64,000 nt of DNA from Nitrospirota bacterium (GTDB lineage: Bacteria; JACPQY01), in the NCBI GenBank assembly GCA_016180645.1, contig JACPAV010000013.1:1-64000 (forward strand). Reading direction: 5' to 3'. Positions 1-8,761 of this stretch are shown here, one piece after another. Both the position numbers and the translations under genes were made by a program. Under the pieces are notes generated by a model. The model was not told where the DNA came from, did no database searches, and saw only the letters and a list, made by a program, of their open reading frames with translations. Numbering within the stretch: the stretch's first letter is position 1; each line of letters starts with the position of its first letter.

Positions 1-88
1 AGAGCCTCTGACAGAATGCCGATTCGTAGGGGAGCATCTTCAGATGCTCCCTCTTGTCGGGAGGGTCTGAAGACCCTCCCCTACGCAT
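1..88. repeat. Partial copy of a 103-bp MITE/REPIN-like element (GTAG-type REP doublet inside terminal inverted repeats)
   Basis: Near-identical to the reverse complement of 20521-20623; one terminal repeat AGAGCCTCTGACAGAATG present, the other absent. Confidence 0.85.
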
Positions 89-174
89 AATGACCAACAC
101 AAACCTTTCAAAGAATGGCAAAAGTCGAGCTGAGATGCCGAAACGAGTTCGGCATGACACCCAGGATTGCACTT

Positions 175-789
175 TCAATGCCCTCCGGCCTGAGCACCCC
201 AAACTTCCTGCAGCCGCCTGTCTCTCCCGCAACCGCTCCGGTAGTACCGATACCGGATGGGGTTCTTCTTGTAGTAGTCCTGATGGTAGTCCTCGGCCGG
301 ATAGAAGATGCCCGCCGGCAGGATTTCCGTGACCACGGGCCCATTGAAGGGCTTTACGCTCTCCAATTTGTGCTTGGACCCCTCGGCGACCGATTGTTGC
401 GTATCGTTCAGATAGAAGATTGCCGATCGGTACTGGTCGCCGTGGTCGCAGAACTGTCCGGACGCGTTGGTCGGATCGATGTTCATCCAGAAATGGTCCA
501 GGATCTGCGCGAAGGAGAGTTTCGCCGGGTCGTACAGGATACGGACCGCCTCGTAGTGGCCCGTTCCACCTCCCGAGACCTGTTTGTATCCCGGTCGGAT
601 GACATGACCCCCGGTGTATCCGGACTCCACGGACACCACGCCAGGGAGCTTCTCGAAGTCCGATTCCATACACCAGAAGCATCCTCCGGCGAGGACGGCT
701 TTCTCGATCCTGGAGGTACCGCCCTCCGGCGGGGTGGGAGTCGCACCTACGAGCCAGAGCGCTGTGATGAGGGACGTAAAGGTGCTCAC
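175..789 (-). CDS. msrA: Peptide-methionine (S)-S-oxide reductase with N-terminal signal peptide
   Basis: GGCFWC, GHYEAV, GQFCDHGDQYRSAIF and AEDYHQDYY motifs; GTG start overlaps the msrB TGA (GTGA). Confidence 0.95.
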   Translation of the reverse strand: MSTFTSLITALWLVGATPTPPEGGTSRIEKAVLAGGCFWCMESDFEKLPGVVSVESGYTGGHVIRPGYKQVSGGGTGHYEAVRILYDPAKLSFAQILDHFWMNIDPTNASGQFCDHGDQYRSAIFYLNDTQQSVAEGSKHKLESVKPFNGPVVTEILPAGIFYPAEDYHQDYYKKNPIRYRYYRSGCGRDRRLQEVWGAQAGGH

Positions 790-1355
790 GCCGATTTCTC
801 CCCCGGCGCGGGGACTGCATGGCGGTTCGATTCGCCGTCCTTGGAGCGGAGCGGAGAGGGCGGCGCCGGCGCGAACTTCAGGGCCACCCCGTTGTTGCAC
901 CAACGCTCGCCCGTCGGCTTGGGACCGTCGTTGAAGACATGCCCGTGATGTCCACCGCAACGTGCGCAGTGGTATTCTGTGCGCGGGAGAATCAGCTTGA
1001 AATCCTTTTTCGACTCCAGCCGGCCGGGCAGGTGGGTGAAGAAGCTCGGCCAGCCCGTTCCGCTGTCGAACTTCATGTCGGCGGTAAACAGGTCGAGATC
1101 GCAACCGGCGCAAACGTACGTTCCCTTCCGCTTTTCAGTGTACAGGGGGCTCGTCCACGCCCGCTCGGTCCCTTCTTTGCGGAGGACCGAGAACTGTTCC
1201 GGGGTCAGACGCTTGCGCCATTCATCCTCGGAGAGTTTGAGCTTCTCGATTTTTTCGGATGCGGCTTCGGCCCGACTCAATGCAACCGCAAGTCCGGTGA
1301 CCGCCAGCGGCACGAGGATGACGAATTCGCGTCTTGTCAGCATTTCGATGTCCAT
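786..1355 (-). CDS. msrB: Peptide-methionine (R)-S-oxide reductase with Tat-like signal
   Basis: KFDSGTGWPSF, two CxxC, GHVFNDGP, RWCNNG; N-terminal TRREF; GGAGG upstream of ATG 1355. Confidence 0.95.
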   Translation of the reverse strand: MDIEMLTRREFVILVPLAVTGLAVALSRAEAASEKIEKLKLSEDEWRKRLTPEQFSVLRKEGTERAWTSPLYTEKRKGTYVCAGCDLDLFTADMKFDSGTGWPSFFTHLPGRLESKKDFKLILPRTEYHCARCGGHHGHVFNDGPKPTGERWCNNGVALKFAPAPPSPLRSKDGESNRHAVPAPGEKSA

Positions 1356-1447
1356 TTTCCTACCTCCCATTCGAATTATACATCCGTGAGGTCCACAATA
1401 GGTTTTGTTACGGATTGGGAAGGAGTGGATGTGATACTCGTCACGTG

Positions 1448-2125
1448 ATGAAACGCTTCGCACTCGTGATCTTCGCAAAACAGCCGCGGCCGGGATCGGT
1501 CAAGACTCGCCTTTGCCCGCCGCTCACGTTCCATGAGGCAACAGCCCTCTACGAGGCTTTCCTGCTCGACCTGTTCGACGGGGTTCGAAAGCTGCGACGC
1601 GTGGATGTCTGGATCGCCTATGCGCCCCGGTCGGCCAAATCCTATTTTCATAAGGTGGTGCCGCGAAGATTCCGACTGATTCAACAGTCAGGCAAGGATC
1701 TCGGTCTGCGCATGGATCGGGCATTTCAGGGCGTATTCAAGACGGGCTACGAAGGGATCTGCTTGATCGGCTCGGACGATCCTCTCTTGAATGCGAGTGA
1801 TCTTCGCGAGGCGTTCGAGGGTCTCGAGAAGCGTGCGGTGGTCCTCGGACCGACGCTGGACCGGGGCTACTACTTGATCGGGCTCCGGCAGCCGAGACCG
1901 GAGCTGTTCGCGGGGGTCCCTTGGAGCACGAACCGAGTGTGGGCCGAGACGCTCCGCCGCGTGAGGAGACTGGGGCTGGACGGCCGCGTCCTTCCAAGGC
2001 GGCGGGATATCGACCATCCGGCGGATTTGAAATGGCTCGTGCGAATCCTCCGGCGGGATGCCGCGGCGCGCCGGAGGTTGCCACACACTTGGGAGGTTCT
2101 CAGGGAGCTGAAAGGTCACCTGTGA
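1448..2125 (+). CDS. DUF2064 / TIGR04282-type glycosyltransferase-like protein
   Basis: IFAKQPRPGSVKTRL, QSGKDLGLRM, IGSDDP, GPTLDRGYYLIGL, DIDHPADL. Confidence 0.85.
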   Translation: MKRFALVIFAKQPRPGSVKTRLCPPLTFHEATALYEAFLLDLFDGVRKLRRVDVWIAYAPRSAKSYFHKVVPRRFRLIQQSGKDLGLRMDRAFQGVFKTGYEGICLIGSDDPLLNASDLREAFEGLEKRAVVLGPTLDRGYYLIGLRQPRPELFAGVPWSTNRVWAETLRRVRRLGLDGRVLPRRRDIDHPADLKWLVRILRRDAAARRRLPHTWEVLRELKGHL

Positions 2126-2817
2126 TCAGCATCATCATTCCGGTCCTCAACGAAGCGGGTGGAATTCGGGATTGCCTGGAGCACGTACGCTCGCTCCGGG
2201 GCGGAAAGGAGATTGTCGTCGTTGATGGAGGGAGATCCGACGGGACGGCGGATATCGTTCGGAGGCTTGTGCGAACTCGAAGTGCGAAATTGAAGCTGAT
2301 AAGAAGCGAACCCGGTCGCGCCCGCCAGATGAACCGTGGGGCAAGTGATGCAAAAGGGGACATTCTGCTTTTCCTCCACGCCGATTCCCGGCTCCCGGGA
2401 AACGCGCTGTCGGTGGTGGAGAACGCATGCCGAACACCGGACGTCGTCGGGGGGCGATTCGACCTGCGTCTTGATGCGGCGGGAGTGCGGTTCCGTCTCA
2501 CCGAAAAGCTTATCAATATTCGCTCGCGCGCTTCCCGCCTCGCCACGGGGGACCAATGCATCTTCGTGAAACGCAAAATCTTCGAACGGATGGGGGGGTA
2601 CGCGGAGATCCCGCTCATGGAGGACGTCGAACTGTGCAGTCGCCTCCGGCAAATGGGGAGATTTGTCGCCCTGGCAGAGCGCGCAACCACCTCTGCCCGA
2701 CGCTGGGAGAAAAATGGCTTCGCGCGGACGGTCCTTCTCATGTGGTCCCTTCGTGGTTTGTACGCGCTTGGGGCGCCGCCGCCGACCCTCGCTCGGTGGT
2801 ACGTCCATATCAGGTAG
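2122..2817 (+). CDS. GT2 glycosyltransferase, TIGR04283 type
   Basis: ISIIIPVLNE, VVDGG, GRARQMNRGA, FLHAD, GDQCIF, LMEDVE, TSARRW; GTGA overlap with the upstream gene. Confidence 0.88.
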   Translation: MISIIIPVLNEAGGIRDCLEHVRSLRGGKEIVVVDGGRSDGTADIVRRLVRTRSAKLKLIRSEPGRARQMNRGASDAKGDILLFLHADSRLPGNALSVVENACRTPDVVGGRFDLRLDAAGVRFRLTEKLINIRSRASRLATGDQCIFVKRKIFERMGGYAEIPLMEDVELCSRLRQMGRFVALAERATTSARRWEKNGFARTVLLMWSLRGLYALGAPPPTLARWYVHIR

Positions 2818-2837
2818 CCCTGTACCCGGGTCAGGCC

Positions 2838-2862
2838 ACTATCGAGGCTTAGCCTCGATAGT
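2838..2862. repeat. Short palindrome ACTATCGAGGC-TTA-GCCTCGATAGT (terminator-like; apparent empty site for the 103-bp element)
   Basis: Perfect 11-bp inverted repeat; nearly the same arms flank the element at 20508-20636. Confidence 0.7.
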
Positions 2863-2865
2863 CAC

Positions 2866-2893
2866 TTGACAAATTAGCTGAATATGCTAAAAA
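2866..2893 (+). promoter_or_regulatory. Putative sigma70 promoter of the signalling island, with a TTAGC-N7-GCTAA dyad
   Basis: TTGACA at 2866-2871 and a weak TG-extended -10 near 2885-2893 in an AT-rich patch. Confidence 0.5.
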
Positions 2894-2903
2894 CGTCATA
2901 AAG

Positions 2904-3350
2904 ATGAAACACGACTCAACCCTGGCCGCTGAAGCAGGCCGACCGCTCACCCCCGAACCCAGGAAGAGTGCTTCCACCGTGCTGGTGATTGACGATGACC
3001 CGTCCTTCCTCCGAATGGCGTCGGTCTTGGCGGGGAAGAAGGGAGTGAAGATCGAAACGGCTTCCTCAGCCCGCGAGGCGGAAAAGCTCCTGAGATCGGG
3101 AACCTACGATCTGATCCTGAGCGACTACTTCATGCCGGGCGAATCCGGCGGAGAACTGTACCTTCACTTCGTCCAGTGGCATCCCGAACTGGCTGACCGC
3201 TTTATCCTGATGACAGGCGACGGGGTGACGACGGAGGCCGTGGATCGATTCCGGGCCCTCGGGCTGCGATGCATCTCGAAAGTGTTCTTCTATGAGGCGC
3301 TTGAAGGGTTCTTGGTGGGGGGACCGGGGACCTGCGGGGCCAAGACATGA
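2904..3350 (+). CDS. Single-domain response regulator (receiver)
   Basis: VLVIDDD, ILSDYFMP, ILMTG. Confidence 0.85.
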   Translation: MKHDSTLAAEAGRPLTPEPRKSASTVLVIDDDPSFLRMASVLAGKKGVKIETASSAREAEKLLRSGTYDLILSDYFMPGESGGELYLHFVQWHPELADRFILMTGDGVTTEAVDRFRALGLRCISKVFFYEALEGFLVGGPGTCGAKT

Positions 3351-3483
3351 CTCGCACCTGCCCCTCGCATGTGCGGCCCCCATTCCCAGGACGGGATGGG
3401 GCCACGAGCGGATTCGGGCCTGAGTGGCCCGCTTATGGCGTGGCCGTCCTTGGGTCGCTCGACCGGGCAGGTGCGCGACGTCC

Positions 3484-4107
3484 ATGATCCGTCAATCTCT
3501 ATCAACACGCGAAGCGGCGCGGGTGCTGGAGGTCGACATCAACACGGTGAAAAACTGGGTGGACTCGGGTGAAATCCGGGCCCACAAAACGGTGGGGGGG
3601 CACCGCCGCATCCTACGCCATGACCTCATGGCGTTCATGACCGCCCGCGGGTTTCCCGTACCACAAGCGGTGCTCCCCACCCCCACCGTCTTGGTCGTGG
3701 ATGACGAACAGGAATTCCTCGAAAGCTGCGTGAAGTACCTCCGAGCCAAGGCGCCCGATCTGGAGGTGGTGTCGGCTCGGGACGGCTTCGAGGCCGGACG
3801 GCTGGCGGAGCGCCATCGTCCGCAGATGATTTTTCTCGATGTGCGCCTGCCCGGGATCGACGGCGTGGAAGTGTGCCGCCGGATTTCCTCCGATCCCCAT
3901 TTGAGATCGAGCGTGGTGATCGGGATGACCGGGTTCAGGAGCAGTCCCGAAGTTCAACGCCTTCGGGACGCCGGCGCCCGAGAGGTTCTGTTCAAACCCT
4001 TCGAACTGCGGCGCCTCATCGAAATGGTTGAAATGTTCCTGGGGCGGGAGGAGCGCAGGCGCGTTCCCGTCGCCCCACTCCGCTCCGCTGCGGGGACGGC
4101 GATTTGA
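3484..4107 (+). CDS. Excisionase/MerR-like HTH plus receiver response regulator
   Basis: LSTREAA..TVKNWVDSG..KTVGGHRRI followed by VVDDE..FLDVRLPGIDG..KPF. Confidence 0.88.
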   Translation: MIRQSLSTREAARVLEVDINTVKNWVDSGEIRAHKTVGGHRRILRHDLMAFMTARGFPVPQAVLPTPTVLVVDDEQEFLESCVKYLRAKAPDLEVVSARDGFEAGRLAERHRPQMIFLDVRLPGIDGVEVCRRISSDPHLRSSVVIGMTGFRSSPEVQRLRDAGAREVLFKPFELRRLIEMVEMFLGREERRRVPVAPLRSAAGTAI

Positions 4108-4130
4108 TGCGCCATGCGGATACCCGCCGC
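4062..4130 (-). repeat. Inverted, diverged copy of the 57-bp repeat unit found at 7131-7381
   Basis: Reverse complement contains TCCGCATGGCGCATCAAATCGCCGTCCCCGCAGCGGAGCGGAG; spans a gene junction. Confidence 0.75.
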
Positions 4131-5324
4131 AGCCGGGGGCGGGCTCGGATGAGATCCACGCGCGGGGCGGGGAAGAACGGGTCCATGAACTGCTCTCATG
4201 CGTGCCGGTGGGCATTTTCATTCGTGGAGGCATCCCCCGAGGGTGTGGTGATGCTCGCTCGTGGAGGCCGAATTCAATGGGCCAATGCCGCCGCCGTGAA
4301 GCTTTTCGGTGTGGAATCAGGGGAGTTGAAGAATCGACGCTTCGGTGAACTCTTCCCCTACTGGGTCCGCGACACGGTCGAGACCTCACTGCAAACATGG
4401 ACGCATCGTGGGAATGGCGGTCCGGATCCCACCGAACAGGAGTGGACGGCCCTGCGCAACAACCGCTCGGAATGGCCGGTGGGCGTGGTGCCCATTTTCC
4501 ATTCGGCGGGGAAGTCGACCATCCTCTCGTTGCAACTTCGGGATCTCTCCACGGATCACCATCATGAGCGCCGCATGGCCAACGTTCGGCGCGAACTCTG
4601 GCAGAGCGCGAAGCTGGCCACGATGGGACAGATGGCGGCCAGCGTGGCCCATGAAATCAACAACCCACTCGGCATCGTCCGCGGCTATGCCCAATCGATC
4701 CTCAAGGATCTGTCTTCGGAAAGCGATCTACGCCCCATGCTGGATGAGGTGGTGGCCCAGTCAGGCAGGATGGCGCAAACAGTGGCCAGGCTCCTCGAAT
4801 TCTGCCGCGCGCCCGGCGAGGAATCCGTTCCTCTGCGCATCGGGAAGCCGGTTGAGATGGCGGTCGACCTGCTGTCCGAGCAGTTCCGACTGGCCGGCGT
4901 GGGACTGAGGCTCGACAAAGAGAACTGGAGCACGGTGGTGCGGGGAAATCTGAATGAACTTTCGCAGGTGTTCGTGAATCTGCTCGGGAACGCGTTGGAT
5001 GCGTCTCGAACCTCGGCGGTGTCCAGACCGCTGGTGGACGTCCAGGTCTACCTCCGGGGAGGGGCGGCGGTGGTGGGTGTGAGGGACCGAGGTCCCGGGA
5101 TTCGTCCCGAGGTGAAGGCCAAATTGGGCGAAGCTTTTTTCACGACGAAGCCGGTGGGCCGGGGCACCGGATTGGGCCTGGCCATCTCGATGGAGATCAT
5201 TCGTGCCCACGGCGGAACATTGAGCCTCGAGAATGCGGAGGACGTCGGGGCGGTGGCGGAGGTGGTTCTGCCAACCGAATCGACCCCATCGCGCGATGAG
5301 GCCCATCAAACGCGTGTCACGTGA
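4104..5324 (+). CDS. PAS-domain sensor histidine kinase (NtrB-like); start uncertain
   Basis: AHEINNPL H-box, NLLGNA, DRGPG, FFTTK, GTGLGL. Confidence 0.9.
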   Translation: MMRHADTRRSRGRARMRSTRGAGKNGSMNCSHACRWAFSFVEASPEGVVMLARGGRIQWANAAAVKLFGVESGELKNRRFGELFPYWVRDTVETSLQTWTHRGNGGPDPTEQEWTALRNNRSEWPVGVVPIFHSAGKSTILSLQLRDLSTDHHHERRMANVRRELWQSAKLATMGQMAASVAHEINNPLGIVRGYAQSILKDLSSESDLRPMLDEVVAQSGRMAQTVARLLEFCRAPGEESVPLRIGKPVEMAVDLLSEQFRLAGVGLRLDKENWSTVVRGNLNELSQVFVNLLGNALDASRTSAVSRPLVDVQVYLRGGAAVVGVRDRGPGIRPEVKAKLGEAFFTTKPVGRGTGLGLAISMEIIRAHGGTLSLENAEDVGAVAEVVLPTESTPSRDEAHQTRVT

Positions 5325-5356
5325 CGCATGACCCATGACGTAAAAGGAGAGGAACG

Positions 5357-6790
5357 ATGGTGAGACCAAGATCAAAAGCGGGGCAGGAAGTCCAGGGGGC
5401 GTCTCTCGGCGAGGCCCTCAGAATCTTGATTGTCGACGATGAGGAGCCGATCCGGAAACTCCTCAACCGGGAGTTCAAACGGCGGGGTTTGGAGAGCGAA
5501 GGGGCCGGGGACGTGCCTACCGCGTTGGAACTGCTTTCAAGGAAAGATTTTGATGTCGTTCTGACCGACATTCGGATGCCGGGACGCTCCGGCGTGGATC
5601 TGCTGCGCGAGTTGAAGAGCGCCGACCCCTCCCTGGAAGTCATTCTGATGACGGGCTACGCGTCGGTGGACACCGTGGTTCAGGCTCTCCGGCTCGGGGC
5701 GGCGGATTACGTCTGCAAGCCTTTCGATGACCTGGATGAGGTGTGCAACACCGTGGTCGCCGTCGGCCGTCGTCGGCGCTCGAACGCCCGCCCGATCCGG
5801 ATCCTGGTGGTGACCGACGACTTGAACACGCGCACCTGGCTGCGACGCCTCTTTCCGGAGCGTCGGCTGTTATTGGATGTTCACACGAAACTGGATACCG
5901 TGATGGATGCGCTGGCGTCGCCCGGAAAGGAATCGGGATATCACGCCCTGGTGTTGGACGGCGCCGTGGCCGAGGGCGCTGAGCTGGGCCGGTTGCTTTC
6001 CGACATGTGCTCCAAAGGAATCCAGGTGCCGCTGACCGTGATGCTGGACGGTCAGGAGGGGCAGGCTTTTCTGACCCAAACCACGCCGGCGGGAGCGGCG
6101 GCCGCGGCTCCGGGGGCCTGGGCCGACCTGGCCACCCACGAACTGAAACTTCCGCTCGCAGCCGCGCGCGCGGCGGTGGACAATCTGAACGAGGGGGTGG
6201 CGGGTGCCGTCTCCGAAGAGGGACGGAAAATCCTGGCGACCATATCGAGCAACGTGGATCGGATGGCCCGCCTCTTGGACGGCGTGGCGGACCTCTTGGA
6301 TCTGACGAGCGGGCGACGGTCGCTCGCGATGACTCCGACCAATCTCAACCAGGTGACGGAGGATGCCTGCGGAGCTTTCGCACCCGTCGCCGCTCGAAGG
6401 GGGCTCGCCGTCGAGAAAGTCCTCCCGTCGGCCGGCCCCGTGTTCTACGGTGATTCGCAGAAGATCTCCGAGGTCCTTTTCAACTTCCTGGATAATGCGT
6501 CGCGCTTTGCCCGATCGAGAATCCACGTTTCGGTCGGAGAGGAAGGACGGATCCCCTTCTTCCGCGTGGAAGACGACGGTCCCGGCCTGCCCGAGGAAGT
6601 CCTGGAATCGTTGGAGGACCGGATGCCGCTGAAGGGAGCATCGAGCCTTTCCGGGAGGAAGCGGCTCGGCCTGCTCATCGCGAAGGCGATTGTGGATGCC
6701 CACGGTGGGCGCATCGGGGCGACCACGGGCGGGCTCGGTGGCGCGGCGATCACGGTTCAGTTTCCGCAGAAGACAGGGGGGGCAGCGTGA
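5357..6790 (+). CDS. Receiver + degenerate receiver + histidine kinase hybrid
   Basis: IVDDE..LTDIRMP..KPF, then THELKLPL, NFLDNA, DDGPG, RLGL. Confidence 0.88.
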   Translation: MVRPRSKAGQEVQGASLGEALRILIVDDEEPIRKLLNREFKRRGLESEGAGDVPTALELLSRKDFDVVLTDIRMPGRSGVDLLRELKSADPSLEVILMTGYASVDTVVQALRLGAADYVCKPFDDLDEVCNTVVAVGRRRRSNARPIRILVVTDDLNTRTWLRRLFPERRLLLDVHTKLDTVMDALASPGKESGYHALVLDGAVAEGAELGRLLSDMCSKGIQVPLTVMLDGQEGQAFLTQTTPAGAAAAAPGAWADLATHELKLPLAAARAAVDNLNEGVAGAVSEEGRKILATISSNVDRMARLLDGVADLLDLTSGRRSLAMTPTNLNQVTEDACGAFAPVAARRGLAVEKVLPSAGPVFYGDSQKISEVLFNFLDNASRFARSRIHVSVGEEGRIPFFRVEDDGPGLPEEVLESLEDRMPLKGASSLSGRKRLGLLIAKAIVDAHGGRIGATTGGLGGAAITVQFPQKTGGAA

Positions 6791-7992
6791 GTGAAGATTC
6801 CCACCAAGTCCGGGATCTGCCGACAGGCATTCCTGATGCCTCGGGCCGCGGCGAGATTGCTTCAGCCCGGCCTGACAGGCCCGGGCTTCGCAATGACACC
6901 GGAGTGTCGTCATTGCGAGCGGAGCGAAGCAATCCCAATGGAATCCTCAGCCGCCGGGCGCGGATGATCGTCCACGACCTGCGCAACCCCCTTTCCGTCA
7001 TCCGCGGCTATCTCCAGGTCGCGGCGCGGGAAGTCGAAAGTATCGATGCGTGTAGGGGAGCAGCTTCAGCTGCTCCCAGGCAGGGAGGACCTGAAGGTCC
7101 TCCCCTACGGCTCCCGGAGCAAGCGGCATGGGGCGGCGGGGATCCCCATGGCGAATCAAATCGCCGTCCCCCATCGCCAGGAAGGCATGGGGCCATGCAA
7201 TGTCGCCGCGCCCAGGACGGCGCGGCATGGACCATGGCCCGAAGCGGAGCGGAGCGGGACGGGGGGGGTCCGCATGGCGAGTCCGATCGCCGTCCCCGAA
7301 GCGGAGCGGAGCGGGACGGGGGGGGTCCGCATGGCGAGTCCGATCGCCGTCCCCGAAGCGGAGCGGAGCGGGACGGGGGGGCCTCCGCAGAAGAGGAGTC
7401 GCTGAGAAGTTATCTAGATGGCGCGCTCGCGGCCACGACTGAACTGGACGAGATGATTCAATCCATGCTGGATCTGGCCGTCGTCGAAGAAGGATCCTTC
7501 GAGGCGAAACGCGTCGTCCTCGATGCCGCGGATCTTGTGAAGCGAATTGAGAAACGTCTTGGGCCGTGGGTCCGGCAAGAAGCCCGGGAGTTGGCGGTCA
7601 AGCCACCTGCGGGCCCAATCCACGTCCCCGCCGACCCCGTCTATCTGGAGCGGGCCGTGAAAAATCTGATCATGCACGCCGTGAGGCGGTCTCCGGTGGG
7701 AGGGAAGGTGATCGTGGAGTGCGAAACCCGGGATGGGAGCGTGGTGTTTTCCGTTCAAGATCAAGGTCCCGCCGTTTCCATCGGATCGGAGAAAGAGTAC
7801 TTCGATCCGGGGAGCGCGGAGGAGCACCGTGAACTGGGGTGGAAGGCCGATCGTGCTTTCGCCCTGGCCTGCGTGAAGAAAGTAGCCGATGGGCACGGAG
7901 GTTCCGTCGGCATCCAGTCGGGTATCGAAGGAACGAGTTTCTTTTTGCGCCTACCGGCGGAGGGGGGACCCAATGGGAATGCCAGCAAGTGA
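6787..7992 (+). CDS. Histidine kinase-like protein with degenerate ATPase motifs and large in-frame repeat-derived inserts
   Basis: VHDLRNPL H-box, DQGP, DRAFAL in place of the G2 box; GTGA overlap with the upstream gene; start could instead be ATG 6964. Confidence 0.8.
   Translation: MSEDSHQVRDLPTGIPDASGRGEIASARPDRPGLRNDTGVSSLRAERSNPNGILSRRARMIVHDLRNPLSVIRGYLQVAAREVESIDACRGAASAAPRQGGPEGPPLRLPEQAAWGGGDPHGESNRRPPSPGRHGAMQCRRAQDGAAWTMARSGAERDGGGPHGESDRRPRSGAERDGGGPHGESDRRPRSGAERDGGASAEEESLRSYLDGALAATTELDEMIQSMLDLAVVEEGSFEAKRVVLDAADLVKRIEKRLGPWVRQEARELAVKPPAGPIHVPADPVYLERAVKNLIMHAVRRSPVGGKVIVECETRDGSVVFSVQDQGPAVSIGSEKEYFDPGSAEEHRELGWKADRAFALACVKKVADGHGGSVGIQSGIEGTSFFLRLPAEGGPNGNASK
6853..6936. 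repeat. GAGATTGCTTC..CGCAATGAC / GTCATTGCGAG..GAAGCAATC palindromic doublet, inside an ORF
   Basis: Same arms at 12386-12526 and 25173-25322. Confidence 0.85.
7052..7108. repeat. GTAG-type REP doublet, in frame in the kinase
   Basis: GTAGGGGAGCAGCTTCAGCTGCTCCC..GGGAGGACCTGAAGGTCCTCCCCTAC; compensatory stem changes relative to 26-84. Confidence 0.88.
7171..7239 (+). mobile_element. 69-nt twin GGA-hairpin element, family A
   Basis: Interrupts CGCCGTCCCC^GAAGC; the uninterrupted site is visible in the adjacent 57-bp units. Confidence 0.8.
7241..7381 (+). repeat. 57-bp tandem repeat, about 2.5 units (encodes RSGAERDGGGPHGESDRRP)
   Basis: GAAGCGGAGCGG recurs at 7241, 7298 and 7355. Confidence 0.95.
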
Positions 7993-8752
7993 TTTTTCGT
8001 ATCCGGATGCCGCGAGCGATGTCGCCCCGCGCTTCCGGGTGGCGGTGGTGGACGACGACGTTCGCATCGGGCGGCTCCTGAAGGCCTTTCTGGAAGGGCG
8101 GGGGATCGAGTGCGTGCCCCTGGCCGATGCCCCGGGGCTGTTCAAGCTGCTGACCACGGAACGGATCGATGCCGTGGTGTCAGACATCGTCATGCCTGGG
8201 ATCACGGGTCTGGAACTCCTGCGATCCGTGCGGCGTATCGCTCCGCAAGTCCCCGTCGTCCTCATCACCGGTTTTCCAAGAATGGAGTTTGTTCGGGAGG
8301 CGATGAAAGAGGGTGCGGTCGATTTTCTTCAGAAGCCGGTGGACCTGGAGGAATTGGAAAAAGCGCTCGGGGCGGCGATGGAAAGCGCAGCCAAAGCGGC
8401 GGCCGCCGAAGAGAAATCCCCGCGTAGGGGCGAGCTTGCTCGCCCGCTGTCCCGTCAGGAGAAGCAACTCGCCCGGCGGGTTCGGAAGGCGATGCGGCAA
8501 AAGGAGTGGCGGGGATGGCATTGGCTGGATCGGATGGCTGTCCCGTTCCGATCGGCCGCGGAAGAGGTTCGGCTCCACCCATGGTTCTATGTTCTCGCGA
8601 TGGGTGTCGTCCTAGCTGCCAGCATGTTGACGCTCACCGGCATGAATACCGTCGTCGGAACGGCGCGTCGGCCGGGGATGATGGAACTTCTCGAACGCGC
8701 GGTGACGGCATTGGAAGAGGACAACCGGCTGGACCGTCAGAATCCGAGGTGA
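7973..8752 (+). CDS. Response regulator with a C-terminal membrane-anchored domain of unknown function
   Basis: VVDDD..SDIVMPG..QKP, then a basic helix and a TM segment; paralog of 17450-18139. Confidence 0.85.
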   Translation: MGMPASDFSYPDAASDVAPRFRVAVVDDDVRIGRLLKAFLEGRGIECVPLADAPGLFKLLTTERIDAVVSDIVMPGITGLELLRSVRRIAPQVPVVLITGFPRMEFVREAMKEGAVDFLQKPVDLEELEKALGAAMESAAKAAAAEEKSPRRGELARPLSRQEKQLARRVRKAMRQKEWRGWHWLDRMAVPFRSAAEEVRLHPWFYVLAMGVVLAASMLTLTGMNTVVGTARRPGMMELLERAVTALEEDNRLDRQNPR

Positions 8753-8761
8753 GTCAGAACG

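Noticed and set aside
7241-7381. CRISPR array
   Set aside because: Units are identical end to end with no unique spacers, and no cas genes are present. The same applies to 37294-37443.
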